A stretch of DNA of 64,000 bases from the human T2T-CHM13v2.0 reference genome, Homo sapiens, in NCBI RefSeq assembly GCF_009914755.1, contig NC_060930.1; one strand, 5' to 3'. The position numbers and the translations under genes are program-made. Within the stretch, counting starts at the first letter, position 1. Every line of letters starts with the position of its first letter. Of this stretch, positions 51,094-64,000 are shown piece after piece. Below the pieces are notes generated by a model. It was not told the DNA's origin. It saw only the letters and a list, made by a program, of their open reading frames with translations, and did no database searches.

Positions 51094-51797
51094 ATTTTAA
51101 TTACTTTTATTATATCACTCTACCCTTTCATCATTTTATTGGTTACCTTATTAGCATGCATAAATTGGTAAAATCTAATATATATATACGTCAGTGTTTT
51201 TTCCACCTTCAGGGTTGAAATTTAGAAAATTTTAAATGTTTATGTTCTATGATTTTTGCCACTGAAGATTAAACATTAAACAGATAAAATTATGATTGTT
51301 TTATATAGTCAATATTCATTTAGATTTACTCCATGTGTAACCTTTCCTTGGTTGTTAATTATCCCTGCATTTCCATGATACCCCTTTTCCTGAAGAAAAA
51401 CTTTTAGTATTTCTTTAGGTACACTGCTGTTGGCAGCAAATTCTTCTGGTTTTGTTTTTTTAGAAAATTATAAGTGTCCCCTTTACTTTTGGATTGTTTG
51501 TTTTAGGATGCTGTGCCATATTTCCTTGTGTAAGTGCATGTATGTGCCATTACAATGGGATGTCCCATGAAAACTTAATGGGCTCAGGAACAGGTCTAAC
51601 GTTTTCATCTTAATCTGCAATATAGGAAGAATTGCCAATGGTTGTTAACTTCTAAGTTAATAAGCCTATGTATATTGAGGAAAACTTAATTTTACTTTGA
51701 AAGTACCACTACAGTGTTCCTTTTATTATTTAAAACTAGAAGATTTATCCACTTGTAGTTCTTCTAAGGAAAATAACCACATTTTATTTTCATTTGT

Positions 51798-52010
51798 TTA
51801 GAGGACAAACCTTCCAATAGAAAAAAATAAATGATGAGTGTTTCAAGGGCCATCTGTTCTCTGTCACAACTGTTCAAGTTTGCTGTTGTCATGTGAAAGC
51901 AGCCATAGACAAGACTTGAGCCAAGGGAGAGGCTGTGTTCCAGGGAAACATTAATACAGAAACAGGTTATGGGTCAGATTTACCCTCCAGATTTGGTTTT
52001 CAAGCCCTGG
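51798..52010 (-). mobile_element. MER58A DNA transposon
   Basis: 'tctctgtcacaactgttcaagtttgctgttgtcatgtgaaagcagccatagacaa...ggctgtgttcca'. Confidence 0.75.
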
Positions 52011-52373
52011 TCTAAGGCCTAGTGTCTAGAAAGATCAATGAAGACAGATATTGCTTCTTTACAACGTGCAACTGTTTGCATCTATAGAGATGCAGAAAAA
52101 TCATTTGGGAAGATGGAAAGTGGGGTCCGGACATCTTGTCTTTGATGTTTAAAACCATTTATGCATTTTTACTGGAGTGGGAATATGAACTGTTGGCAGA
52201 GGGTCAACCCTAAAGCTGGAAAAGCTGAGAAAAATCTTTATGGCAGATGCCAAAACTTCTAAAGATACAATGATTGTACCATGTTGGCTCTGCCTTGGGG
52301 AAAATGGAAGTTAAATACATAGCTTGTGATAGTATGATAGACTATCCGTGCAATTGCTTTTCTTGTTTGCACG

Positions 52374-52374
<1 letters not shown>

Positions 52375-52404
<30 letters not shown>
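52375..52404. repeat. (TG)n microsatellite
   Basis: Directly visible. Confidence 0.95.
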
Positions 52405-52407
<3 letters not shown>

Positions 52408-53049
52408 AATATGTTAACCTCATTTCTGATATCCTTTCGGTATTACTTGTAGAACAGCTACTAGTAACCATTCCATTTCTTTCTATTAGTTTTCCTCCAA
52501 CTGAAATTTCTTCACCATTCGCTCTGGATAGGAAACAATTTCTGTGTTTTTCTTTATCTTATGTTCATTTGTTTAAAACACCACCATTTGGGTGGTTTTT
52601 AAATCTCAGTTTTTATTGTTGTTGTTGTTGCACTGGATTGGGTATGTCTCACACATGTTTGGTTCAGGGATCAGCTTAAGGCTTGTGAAGATTCACATGC
52701 AGAAATATGAAATCCTATTCCCCAGACCTCTCCCTTCTTGATCTTCCCTCTTAAATTCAACTTATGGTACCTCTTTCCCTGGTTCTCTAACCAGAAATAT
52801 AATGCAATTTTTGCACCACCATGTTGCTTTGCAGAGGTCTGTCTTTGGGCAAAGCCACAGGAAGTGAAAAAATGAGAAAAATCTCTCTGTTTGTGTCATT
52901 TGTCTCAAATGATGACTCTTTTCAATAATCTGCCTGCTTGTGTTTACTTTTCAGAGTCTTTAATCTGTCCAGAGATTATAGAGGTCATCAGGGAAGGGAT
53001 AGATAATAGAGACTTGTACTGTTGGTAGTCACTGATTTTTTTTTTTTTT

Positions 53050-54480
53050 GAAAGCTATTTTCACTGGCAATCAAACTCCAGTTTGATAATTATTTTATTT
53101 TAGAGTTTTAGATATGGCATTTTACCATCTTGTGTTTTTCACTCTTTCTGTTAAAAAGACAGCTGTCAGTCTTATTTTTGCTCTTTGAAGGATGATGCAT
53201 ATTTTTTCCCTCTGGCTGCTTTTAAGATTTTTGTCTTTATTTTGGTTAATATGTGTAGATGTATATTTATTTTCTTCTTTGGAATTTGTAATAGTCCCTG
53301 AATCTATGTCTTAATATTTTTGTCAGTTTTGGAACATTCTCTCCTATTATCTCTCCAAATATTTCTCATTATTTATTTTCTACACAATTTCTAGGACTGC
53401 AGTTACAAATACTTTACACTTTTCTCCATGTCAAATATGCCTCTTGCACGCCTTACATTTTCAATTTTTTTCTCTTTATGCTTTTGACAGTATGCTTTCT
53501 ACCAACCCCTAATCCTTACTTCAACTGTGAATACTTTGCAGTTAAAACAATTATTCATTGAACTCTTAATTTTGCCTTTAGAAGTTTCATCTGAAGCTTT
53601 GATATAGATTACAGGCAAAATTATCCCTATTTTCAGTCTTTTTATTGAATATGTTAATCAGAGTTATTTAAAGCTCAAGTCTGATAAACTCAATATTTCT
53701 ATCACTGGTTTCTGTATTTTATTTTCTCTGAGTTCTGTCTCTTGCCATGCTTATAATTTTATTTTTTTTGAAAGTTGGACTTTATGCATCTTAAAAATGT
53801 AGAGTTTCTGGATGGTATTTTTATTTTTTGGTAAGAGACTTAGTTGAGCTTACTGCCAGTATTAAATGAGGGAGAAAATCACCCTAACCCCATCAGGAGT
53901 TGTCCTGATTCTCAGTGGGAGTCGGTGTGAGTGCTGGTCCATTTCTGCTTCCCACTTCCTTCCGGAGTCCCAGCCTCCAGGGTTGTCAACTGGCAGGATA
54001 CATGTTTCCCAGGGTCATTCCACATGGCAATCCCTGAACTGCAATTTGTATCTTTCCAGTGCCATGAAAATGTTGGTAATTTTATTGAGTATCTCACTCT
54101 GTTTGCTCCATGTTGGCAAAGCTGAAATGAAGCTCGTAAGTCAATGCCAAAAGTGATCGGTCCACTGTCCTATGTCTCTGTTTCCTTCAGTGCCAGCAGA
54201 CTTGGGCTTTCTTCTGGGCTAATTTTATTTCTCTGTTTAGGCAACTGTGAATTGGCAAATACATTGAAGGAGAAGGTACATAAAATATGAACTCTCTTCA
54301 ATGAGTTTTATGAAGGTACACGAAATATTGAGCTCTCCTCAACGAGTTTTCTTTCTCTCCAGGACTTTGGTCCCTAAAGTCCTGGGTGCTTTTGCATCTT
54401 TTGGATGCCTTTATGCAGATGAGATGATTTCCTGTGCCTGTATTGTATGCCGCTTTTCTCCAGCCTCCCATTATCCAGAG
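53050..54480 (-). mobile_element. Ancient L1M ORF1 / 5' region, antisense
   Basis: 'aagacagctgtcagtcttatttttgctctttgaagg...ctctggctgcttttaagatttt' and 'tcagttttggaacattctctcctattatctctccaaatatt'. Confidence 0.6.
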
Positions 54481-54889
54481 GATTTGCTGCAAACTAGGCC
54501 CTCATAGCAGAAGTGAAACAGTGTGCTTGCATTACACATTTATATTGGCAAATTACATGTCACCTTCAGATCTATAACTTTTTAATTTACAAGGAACAAA
54601 GAAACTCAGAGGGATCATAAATTTATCAATTTGGTTTCATATGTAAAATAGAAAAGGCTGGCTTAGTCAACATTACATTTTCAGCACTTACTGAAGGTGT
54701 GTGTTTATGACATGTCCAAACAAATTTTCGTATGGTGCCTTCGGATGTTCACTAGCTTCATTTTATCTTCCTTTTCGTTGTTATCAATGACACTATAATC
54801 TCCCCAGTGGTAGGTAATCATAAATCTCTAGGATGTGTCAATTACATATGGAACGGAGGGGACAATTCTCCAGTTCAAAAGCAGAAATA

Positions 54890-55440
54890 GTGAGCATGTG
54901 TTCAACCAGCACTGTGTGAAGAGGCATTACAGGGGAAGCAATGTTCTGGGCCAGCGGAAGGCAAGCACACATCCCTACCTCCAGAAGCATGAAAGCGTTC
55001 ACTCACAATTAGCGAATTGCCACTTCACATGATAAATACCACAGTAAAGGAGTGACTAGCACACCGTGGAGGGAGTGATCCCCACAGAGGATAAACTGAT
55101 CAAGAGCCCTTAAAAATGCCCGAAGACTTCTCATGGAAGGATCTAGGTGAGCAGAGGCTTAAAAGGCACTTAGAGGTTTTATCTGTTGGACAATTAAGAT
55201 AAAATGTTTTTGAGATAGAGGAAAGAGAATGTGCATCATGACAGGGAAGTAAATATGGGAAACGGCAAAAGAGTTGGTATGGCCAAACATAGGGTACTTA
55301 AATAAAAATGGGATAGGATGTCAAGTGTAAAAGACAGGGTCATGGTGTGTCTGCCATGATGGGTCATTTGGGCTTTATATAGCAAGCAATGGGAGAAAGA
55401 TAAATGACTTAACAGGCAATATTACGTGATAGGTGGCAGA
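54890..55440 (-). mobile_element. L2 fragment
   Basis: Purine-rich antisense L2-like 'gaagacttctcatggaagg...gagatagaggaaagagaatgtgca'. Confidence 0.5.
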
Positions 55441-55817
55441 TCACACTGACCTGCATCCACAAGTGACAGATTAAGAGTTATTTTGATATGCCGTAAGGTT
55501 GCCTCAGCAGCCTACCCCCTTGATGCTAAAGAGTTTGAATTTATCAGAAAACAGCATTTTATGTTATACCAAAAACATGATATAAAAACATGAATGAAAA
55601 AATAATTCATCTTCTCTGGCTAGGAAAAGATAGGAGAGACTCAATAGTGCCATAAGATTCAGATGACACATGACTAAAAACAATTTGCTCAAATAGCATT
55701 TACAAGTTACATTAAAAGAGAGGTGCCTTATGAACAAAGTCTGTTGATCCCACACGCAGCGCACAACCAAAGAATAAACAAACAGGCCCAGCATATGACT
55801 TTAAAGTCAAATGGCTC

Positions 55818-56117
<300 letters not shown>

Positions 56118-57317
56118 TCAAATAGCTGAAAACATGTTGGAAAAGTGGAAAGTACACATAGAAGAATAGAATCTCACAGTAAAAAACTGATACAAATAGA
56201 AAATTTAAAAACCAATATCAATTTAAAAATTCAGAACTGCACAGAAAACTTGATTGGAGCTGGACAAATGCCAAACATAATGAAGATTCATCATATATAC
56301 TGGAATATTTTCAGAAACACAAATTATATTTTTATACCTGAGAGTTTGCTTTATTTGGGAATTTGGTAAATTGATTTCTATGGAAGAAATATTATTTTCA
56401 AAGATTTTAAAATTCATATTATTCATCAAAACAAATCTTCACTTAACTCCAGATTTGGGTTAGGAACAATACCAAATCCTTACCCTTTGATGACACACAG
56501 CTGCTATACCCATATCAGCCCACCTAGTTGGTTGTTATGCTAACTGAATTTAGTGAATGCCAATGCATTTAACGCAAATACTCATGTTGTTTTTGTTTTG
56601 ATTCCATTTACTGTGAAAAAAGCAAGTATAGCTTTTTCAATTTTCACCCACTTACAATCCATGTAAGAAGAAATTGTGTGATAAGGAATATATTATTGTT
56701 TCTTCATGTTAGACCTATCTCTATATAGTAATGATATCCAGGGTCAAAAATACAATGACATTTAGAAACTACCTCTTCCTGTTCAATCAATTCAATTGGC
56801 AAACATTCATTTTCATCACTGTATGTTCTAGCTACTGAATTTAAAAAATACACACAATTTTTTTCTTGCATAAGATGAATGTTCATTAATCTCAATTTTA
56901 TTTACATAAATAAGTCAGCAATGGAATCTGATTACCGCAGTGAAAAAAGAATCCACAATTTTAATGTATTATAGCTATCAAAGGATTTCTGCAGCATCAC
57001 ACCATACAACAGAATATTCAACAGGGTTTCCCAAGATTTTTGTTTTACTTTCTTCCACAGCTTTTCTTTATGTGGACGAGATAGAAAATTAAATAATATT
57101 TTTTAGTCAAAATTTTTTTATACTATAGAAAACTGTATGATATAATATAGTAATCGTTCTCTAATATATAAAACTGTCTTGGTCTCATTGTAAAAGGCTC
57201 ATAGAATTAATCACTTCGGTATGTGTCACCTGTGACCTAAGTCAACTGCAACTTAGAGTGACAATCCAGAAGATGTTTAGAGTTCTTAGCTGCTACACTA
57301 GACAGGGCCAAAGTGTG

Positions 57318-57674
57318 TGCTATGGACTGAATATTTGTGTCTTCCCTAAAGTAGGCTGTTGAAACTTAATTCACAATGTGCTGGTACTTGGAGGTGGGGC
57401 CCTTGGAGATGAATAAATCATGAAGGTGGTGCCCTCATAAATGAGATTAGTGCCTCTTTAAAAGAGACCCGAAAGAGCTCTTTTGGCTCTTTGACGCTGT
57501 GAGTTTACAGTGAAGAGACATCATCTAGGAAGCAGGAAGCAACCCTCACCAGATGCAGAATTTCCTGATGTCTTTCTCTTGGACTTCCCCAACTCTGGAC
57601 CTATGAGAAATATATTTCCACTGTTTATAAGGCACCTGGTCTATGGTACTTTCTAATAGCAACTCAAACTAGCA
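57318..57674 (+). mobile_element. MaLR solo LTR (MLT1A0-like)
   Basis: 'tgctatggactgaatatttgtgtc...gccctcataaatgagattagtgcc'; TSD gtgtg/gtgtt. Confidence 0.88.
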
Positions 57675-58711
57675 GTGTTCATTGTTTGAACAAAGAGAGG
57701 TGAGGGACATGATTTAACATCTGTGCTTGCTGTAAAATGTGCACAATTTTGAGGGTCAGAACAAATTAACAAAATATCTTTTCCTGCACAATCTAGAACT
57801 GGTGTTCCAATCATAATATTTGTCTGAACCTGTTTATCCACAGCTTACTGGACATACAGAAGAATTTACAAGACAGGAAGACAAAAATGTCTTCTCCAGT
57901 TATTATACTGTGTTTCATAGCATGTGATTTGCTCATCCAGATGCATTTAGCACCAGTCAAAATTGTTTCCTAAGTACTGGGCAGATGATCACTTGAATAG
58001 AGTAGTTTGCATCTTTCAGTAACATCTTATGCCTTAGCTTCACCAGATTTACATAAGAAGTAATACCACTCATTAAGAATGAAGAATTCCAGAGAAATCA
58101 CTGTCCTGAGATTGTTTTTATTGATGTTGAATACCTGCACAGTTTGGTTATGCTGCCTTCAACTGAAACTAATAGAATACATTGGCCTAAAGAGACTAGT
58201 TATCAAGTAGCTCTCTGATGACAAGGTTTTAAATCCTGTTACTCTTAACTAAGCATCCTAAGCATCCATTTTAAGCCAAATGAGATAGAAAAGATAAACA
58301 GAACAACTACTCATAGCTTAGCACTTATAGCTGGAAAATAGGCATTTGGATTTCCTGTTATAACAAAAATAAATGTGCGAACTAATGACAGTTTAGAAGT
58401 GACTTAGATATATGTATCATAAGTATAATAATATATATCAAAGCTTAGGTATTATCATATCTATCAGAAACTATAAGTCAAGTAGACTATATGAGAGATA
58501 TATATTTACTGCAGTGGTGCCACCATTGAACAAGGGATTTAAAATTTTCTTCATAGGGCAGGTTAGCAGACACAATAGAAACCCATCTTATTACCATACG
58601 ATTTTACCGTGTTCCGGGCACTAAACTGTGCTATCAGTTTTTATTCTCTCCCATTCTGAAGACTTAAATTTGAATAAGTCACAATTGCTTTCAAGAACCA
58701 TAAATATCATC

Positions 58712-59373
<662 letters not shown>

Positions 59374-59693
59374 CCATCAAAGAAGTAACAGCCAAATATA
59401 GGTCAGGGGTTTCAAAAATGTTAGGAGAGTAAACAATAACACGAATAAAGATATCCAACGCACCATCCCTCTGATTGATCCCCACCCACACATTCCTGCT
59501 GTTTCTCAGAAATCAACTTAACAATCCACAAACATAGTATGAAATTAAGAGAGAAAATCATTTCAGCAAACTTGGAAAACAGAGTCTACATAAAATAATC
59601 TTTGAGCATGGTTTTTACTAAAGAACATTGAAGAACTGAATACCAACTTGAATTTTTCCTGAATAAATGATGTAGCACTGACAAAAAAGAGAA

Positions 59694-60302
59694 TGTATTA
59701 GTAAAGGTCCTCCAGAGAAACAGACAAATAGGATAGAGCTAGAGATAGACATTGACATCCACATAGACCTAGACATAGACATCAACATCAACATAAAACT
59801 CAACATACACATAGACACAGAAGACATAGAACGAGATAGAAATAGATGGGATTAGCCTACACAGTTATGGAGGCTGAAGGGTCCTACCATGCTGTCTGCA
59901 AGCTGGGAAACAAGGAAAGCTTGTGGTGTAATTCACTCCGAGTCTTAAGGCCTGAGAACCAGGGTGGGGTGGAGAAGAGGGCTTCTGGGCTAAGTTTCAT
60001 AATCTGATGGCCTGAGACTAGGAGCTTCAATGTCCCAGGCAGGAGAATATTGATGTTCCAGCTCAAGGAGAGGGAGAATAAATTCACCCATCCTCCCTTT
60101 GCCATTTTGTTCTATTTGGGCCCTCGATGGGTGGGATGATACCTGACCACATGGATGAGGGCAGATCTTCTTTACTCAGTGTACTGATTTAAATGTTAAT
60201 CTCTTCCAAAAACACCCTCACAGACACATCCAGAAATAATATTCTGTCAGTCATCTGGGCATGTCTTAGCCCAGACAAGTTGACACAAAACCAACCATCA
60301 AA
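59694..60302 (-). mobile_element. ERVL solo LTR (MLT2B-like)
   Basis: 'tgtattagtaaaggtcctccagagaaacagac...aacaccctcacagacacatccagaaataat...aagttgacacaaaaccaaccatca'. Confidence 0.85.
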
Positions 60303-60324
60303 AATATCATTACAGAATGTTTAA

Positions 60325-60640
60325 AAATGATTTGGGTGTGGTTTAGAAAATGAATAGTAGGGGACATGAATGAAAGTTGGAGATCAGTTGGGATAATTCT
60401 AGTCTATGGAGACAGCATGGTCACTTTAGCTTGGGTACTGGCAATAAAGAATAAGTGAAATGGATATTTTTTGGAACTATCTTTGGAGTTGCATTAATAG
60501 AACTTTCAAGGCTGAAGAAGAGATAGCTGTCAGAGGTAATTCCCAGGTTTGGCTTGAACAACTGGTTTCCATGGAGGCATTATTTCTTGATGGAGTTGCC
60601 AGTTTACTAGGGGATAAACAATGGCATGAACACAATTCAA
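60325..60640 (-). mobile_element. L2 fragment
   Basis: 'tcagaggtaattcccaggtttggcttgaacaactgg...atggaggcattattt' resembles antisense L2. Confidence 0.55.
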
Positions 60641-60999
60641 GTAAAGGAAGTTGGTTCTTGGCATAGTGTCTCCACCAGATAAACAATAGCCTTTGTTGAA
60701 ATAAAATCCAAATGTGGGCATTTCCCTGAAATCCAACTCTCTCAACACTTATCATTTATCTCTTCCTCCAGCTGAAGATCCAATAAAAAAAAAATCTAAT
60801 AGCATTCCAATTGAACTGTGAGTGAATACCCTCATTTTCAGTTTTAGAAATCACTAGCATCAATTATTGGCCTCTCTTTGATCAGTGATTAGCAAGCATG
60901 AAAAACCAGCATGAGTCCTGTGAAATTACTTTATAATATAAAGATGGAATAAACCAGCACTAAGGAAATAGAAGAAATTAGATTTCTACATTTTTTAAA

Positions 61000-61640
61000 A
61001 TAAAAATATTTTAGACAACATGTTCTGAATTCCTCTAAAAATTAAATAAAACAAGAACACTATGAAACAAAATATACACATTAGTAAATTTTAAAATAAC
61101 AATCTTAAAGGAAAACAGAGATTGCCAAAGTTAAATAAAATAAGTAAAATTAATCATGTCATAAGATAATTCAGAGGACATTAAAAATAATGAGGGAATT
61201 TATTAATGCAGAAAAATAAATCAGAGATGAAGCGATCATGTATGCCTATAATTCCAAGGAGAAGAAATATAGATAAAGAAGATGATAGATATAAAAAACA
61301 AATAATATAATATGTTTGCATATGTATGCCTGCAGAAAAATTTCAGGCTAATAGAGAACAGCACATGTAAGAGATATAATTAAATATGATAAAAGAAAAT
61401 GTATCTGGAAAGTCCTTGTCAGGCTAAAGCAAGCCATACATTTACATTTAGAAAGGGTTGACTTTATACCTAGCCAAAAATGGATAAAATCACTGAAATC
61501 TAACAATTAAAAATATTTTGTACAAAAAAAAGTTTTTTAGAAAACATTTTTAAGAAAATATTATCAAAGAAAAAAACCAGCAGGCTGTCCTGCTACTTCT
61601 CTTCAGTAAATAGAAATGCCAAAAGGCAATAAAACAGACA
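61000..61640 (+). mobile_element. Ancient L1 ORF1 / HAL1-like remnant
   Basis: A-rich; 'aaagaaaaaaaccagcaggctgtcctgctacttctcttcagtaaatagaaatgccaaaaggcaat' resembles ORF1/HAL1 3' sequence. Confidence 0.45.
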
Positions 61641-62479
61641 CTCCCAGGATTCAGGGAGACAAAGCTTCACTAGGTTCAAGGCTGCCTCTAGTGCAGAGTG
61701 CAGGCTTGGCCATGGGGACCCCCTCAGCAGGTATCACTGTGCCAGGAACAGCTGCTATTTATTCCAGCTTCAAATACATTTATCAGAAAACAAGAAAGAC
61801 TGAAAACACATTACTAAATGCTTCTCTCTAAAAGTTTAGGAAGAACTGAAGATACTCAGTAAACAAGAAAAAAGAAAATAATGAATTAAGAATAAAAATA
61901 TAGAGAATAAAAGCACTGGAGTAGGTCATCTAAACCATCTAAACCAAAAGCTAATTATTTGGAGAGAGCAATAGGGTAAAATTCTGAGACAAACAGTCAA
62001 GGAAAGAAAAAGAATGATGAAAATTGACAAACTATAGAACCAAATAAGATGGGTAATAATTTCATACTGTAGAAGTAAAGATGAAATTATTAGCAAAAAC
62101 ACACAAGTGGATTTGAACCAGAATGCCGGCTATAAACCTCACCTTACAACACAGAGTAGAGAAGGAGGTGTGTGGGTGGGTGGACGGGGTGCAGCACTCT
62201 GTTTCCACCAGCTCCCAATCCTAGCAGGCTTCAAGCTCTGTGCTTTCTCCGGCTGGTTCCTGGCTAGCGTCTACCTCACACTGAGCAGGACAGGGATTCC
62301 CCTGGATAAGGAGGAGGAGGAAAAGAGCTCCACACAGCAATTCCTCAGCCCCATCCCGGCTAAGGCAGGTGCCCTTCATTGTTTTTGGTTGCTAACCTCA
62401 TATAGAGCACATAGTGTGAAGGCGACCTTCGCACGCCTACCCACCTTACGGCCCCTGGCTCCACTGAGCTCTCTCTTGA

Positions 62480-62720
62480 CTTTTTAAAAATGTTTTGTTT
62501 TGAAATAATTACAAACTCAAAAGAAGTTCCATAAATAGTACAGGGTCCCACCCATCTTCCTTCAATGGTGACATCTTAAATAGTACAATAATCAAAACCA
62601 AGAAGTTACTCCTAACTAAACTATAGATCATATTCAATTTCCACCATCTTCCAAACATGCATCTGTGAGTTTCGGGGACATTCTGTGTAATGTTATCACA
62701 TGCAGACATTTGCATCCATC
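62480..62720 (-). mobile_element. L1MC/MB-like 3' end fragment
   Basis: 'ttttgaaataattacaaactcaaaagaagttccataaatagtacag...atggtgacatctta...atcaaaaccaagaag'. Confidence 0.6.
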
Positions 62721-63059
62721 CCCACAATTCGCTCTTGGTTTTTATGTCAGTTTCTCTAGTCATTCAAGCTCTCTCGCTTTTTTATCAGTGAAAGTTTCGT
62801 TTTGGGGAGAATCAAAAGCCGATGTAACGTTAATGTCTTGGTAGAATCTAGAAGACATTAAAATTAACTATTGTATTAAAAGTCCAGCGAATTAAATAAG
62901 AAAAGAAATAAAATTAAGTATAAAAATTTAAACACAAGAGAAAAATAGCAAACAACTCCAGACAATTTTCTAGGTAGTTTTATAGACAACCTAGAAAATT
63001 CAGAAGAATCCACTGAAAAACCAGAGTTTAAATGAAATTGCCTGTGTAAAATTAAAATA

Positions 63060-64000
63060 CAGTCATGTATCACTTAACGACACAGGTATCATTTGAGAAT
63101 CCTTGTGTGAATGTCATAGAGTGTACTTACACAACCCTACATGGTTTAATCTACTACACATTTAGGCTAAGTATTAAAGTTTATTGCTCTTAGGTTATAA
63201 ACCTGAACAGCATGTTACTTTTCTGAATACCATAGGCAATTGTAACACAACGGTAAGTATTTGTGTATCTAAACATACCTAAATATCAAAAAGGTACAGT
63301 AAAATTATGGCACAAAAGATTATAAATGGTATACCTGTATAGGGCGCAGGAATAAAGCTTGCAGGACTGGAAGTTTCTCTGGGTGAGTCATTGAGTGAGT
63401 GATGGATGTATGTGAGGGCCTCGTACATTACCATACACTACCGTGGACTTTATAAACACTATACACTTAGGCTACACTGAATTAAAAAGAAATTATTTCT
63501 TCAATAATAAATTAACCTTAGCTTAGTGTAACTGTTTTACTTTGCAGACTTTCTAATTGTCTAACTCTTTAACTTTTATGATCACACTTAGTTTAAAACA
63601 TAAACGTATTGTATAGCTGTACAAATACATTTTCTTTCTTTATATCATTATTGGAAAAGCTCTTTTATATTTTTATTTTTTCACTTTTAATTTTTTTAAA
63701 TAAAATCTAAGACACAAATGCACACATTAGCTTACACCTACACAAGGTGAGGATCGTCAATATCACTGTCTTCCACTTCCACATCTTGTCCCAGTAGAAG
63801 GTCTTCAGGGGCAATGACAGGCATAGAGCTGTCATCTCCTATGATCACAACGCCTTCTAGATATCTCTGGAAGGACCTGCCTGAGGCTGCCTAACAGTTA
63901 ACATGGTTTCAGTAAGTAGCAGGAGTACATTCTAAGTTAATGATAAAAATATAGTGTGGTAAATAAATAAACCAGTAGCAGTCACCTATTATCATGCACT
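63060..64000 (+). mobile_element. Tigger3b (GOLEM/MER7B) DNA transposon, runs past the window end
   Basis: TA + 'cagtcatgtatcacttaacgac...gagtgtacttacacaaccct...ggcaattgtaacacaacggtaagtatttgtgtatctaaacata'. Confidence 0.88.

Overview
This is AT-rich hominid (most likely human) genomic DNA, judged from AluY/AluS/AluJ SINEs and an L1PA2-type 3' UTR. It is a repeat-dense intergenic or deep-intronic block. I found no recognisable host protein-coding exon, tRNA, rRNA or CRISPR; nearly all ORFs in the track are transposon remnants or noise. The main structure is a ~9.1-kb nested retroviral unit on the minus strand (12276-21352): a two-LTR MaLR element (MSTA/THE1D-like) interrupted by a two-LTR HERV-L provirus (MLT2A LTRs, decayed gag, pro-pol and dUTPase). 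The window also holds a young 5'-truncated L1PA2 with a perfect 14-bp TSD, a ~6-kb L1MA2-like element lacking its RT domain, a full-length HSMAR2, Charlie1a, MER47, Tigger3b and MER58 DNA transposons, many solo LTRs (MLT1, MLT2A, MLT2B, LTR18B, MER65, MER66), about ten Alus and several microsatellites. A few non-repeat islands (1-2100, 8250-8900, 37900-38900, 62100-62480) may be regulatory or lncRNA sequence. Subfamily names come from recalled consensus sequences, not a database search. I cannot support a new biological system from sequence alone; the nested provirus and the mutational scars are the best leads.
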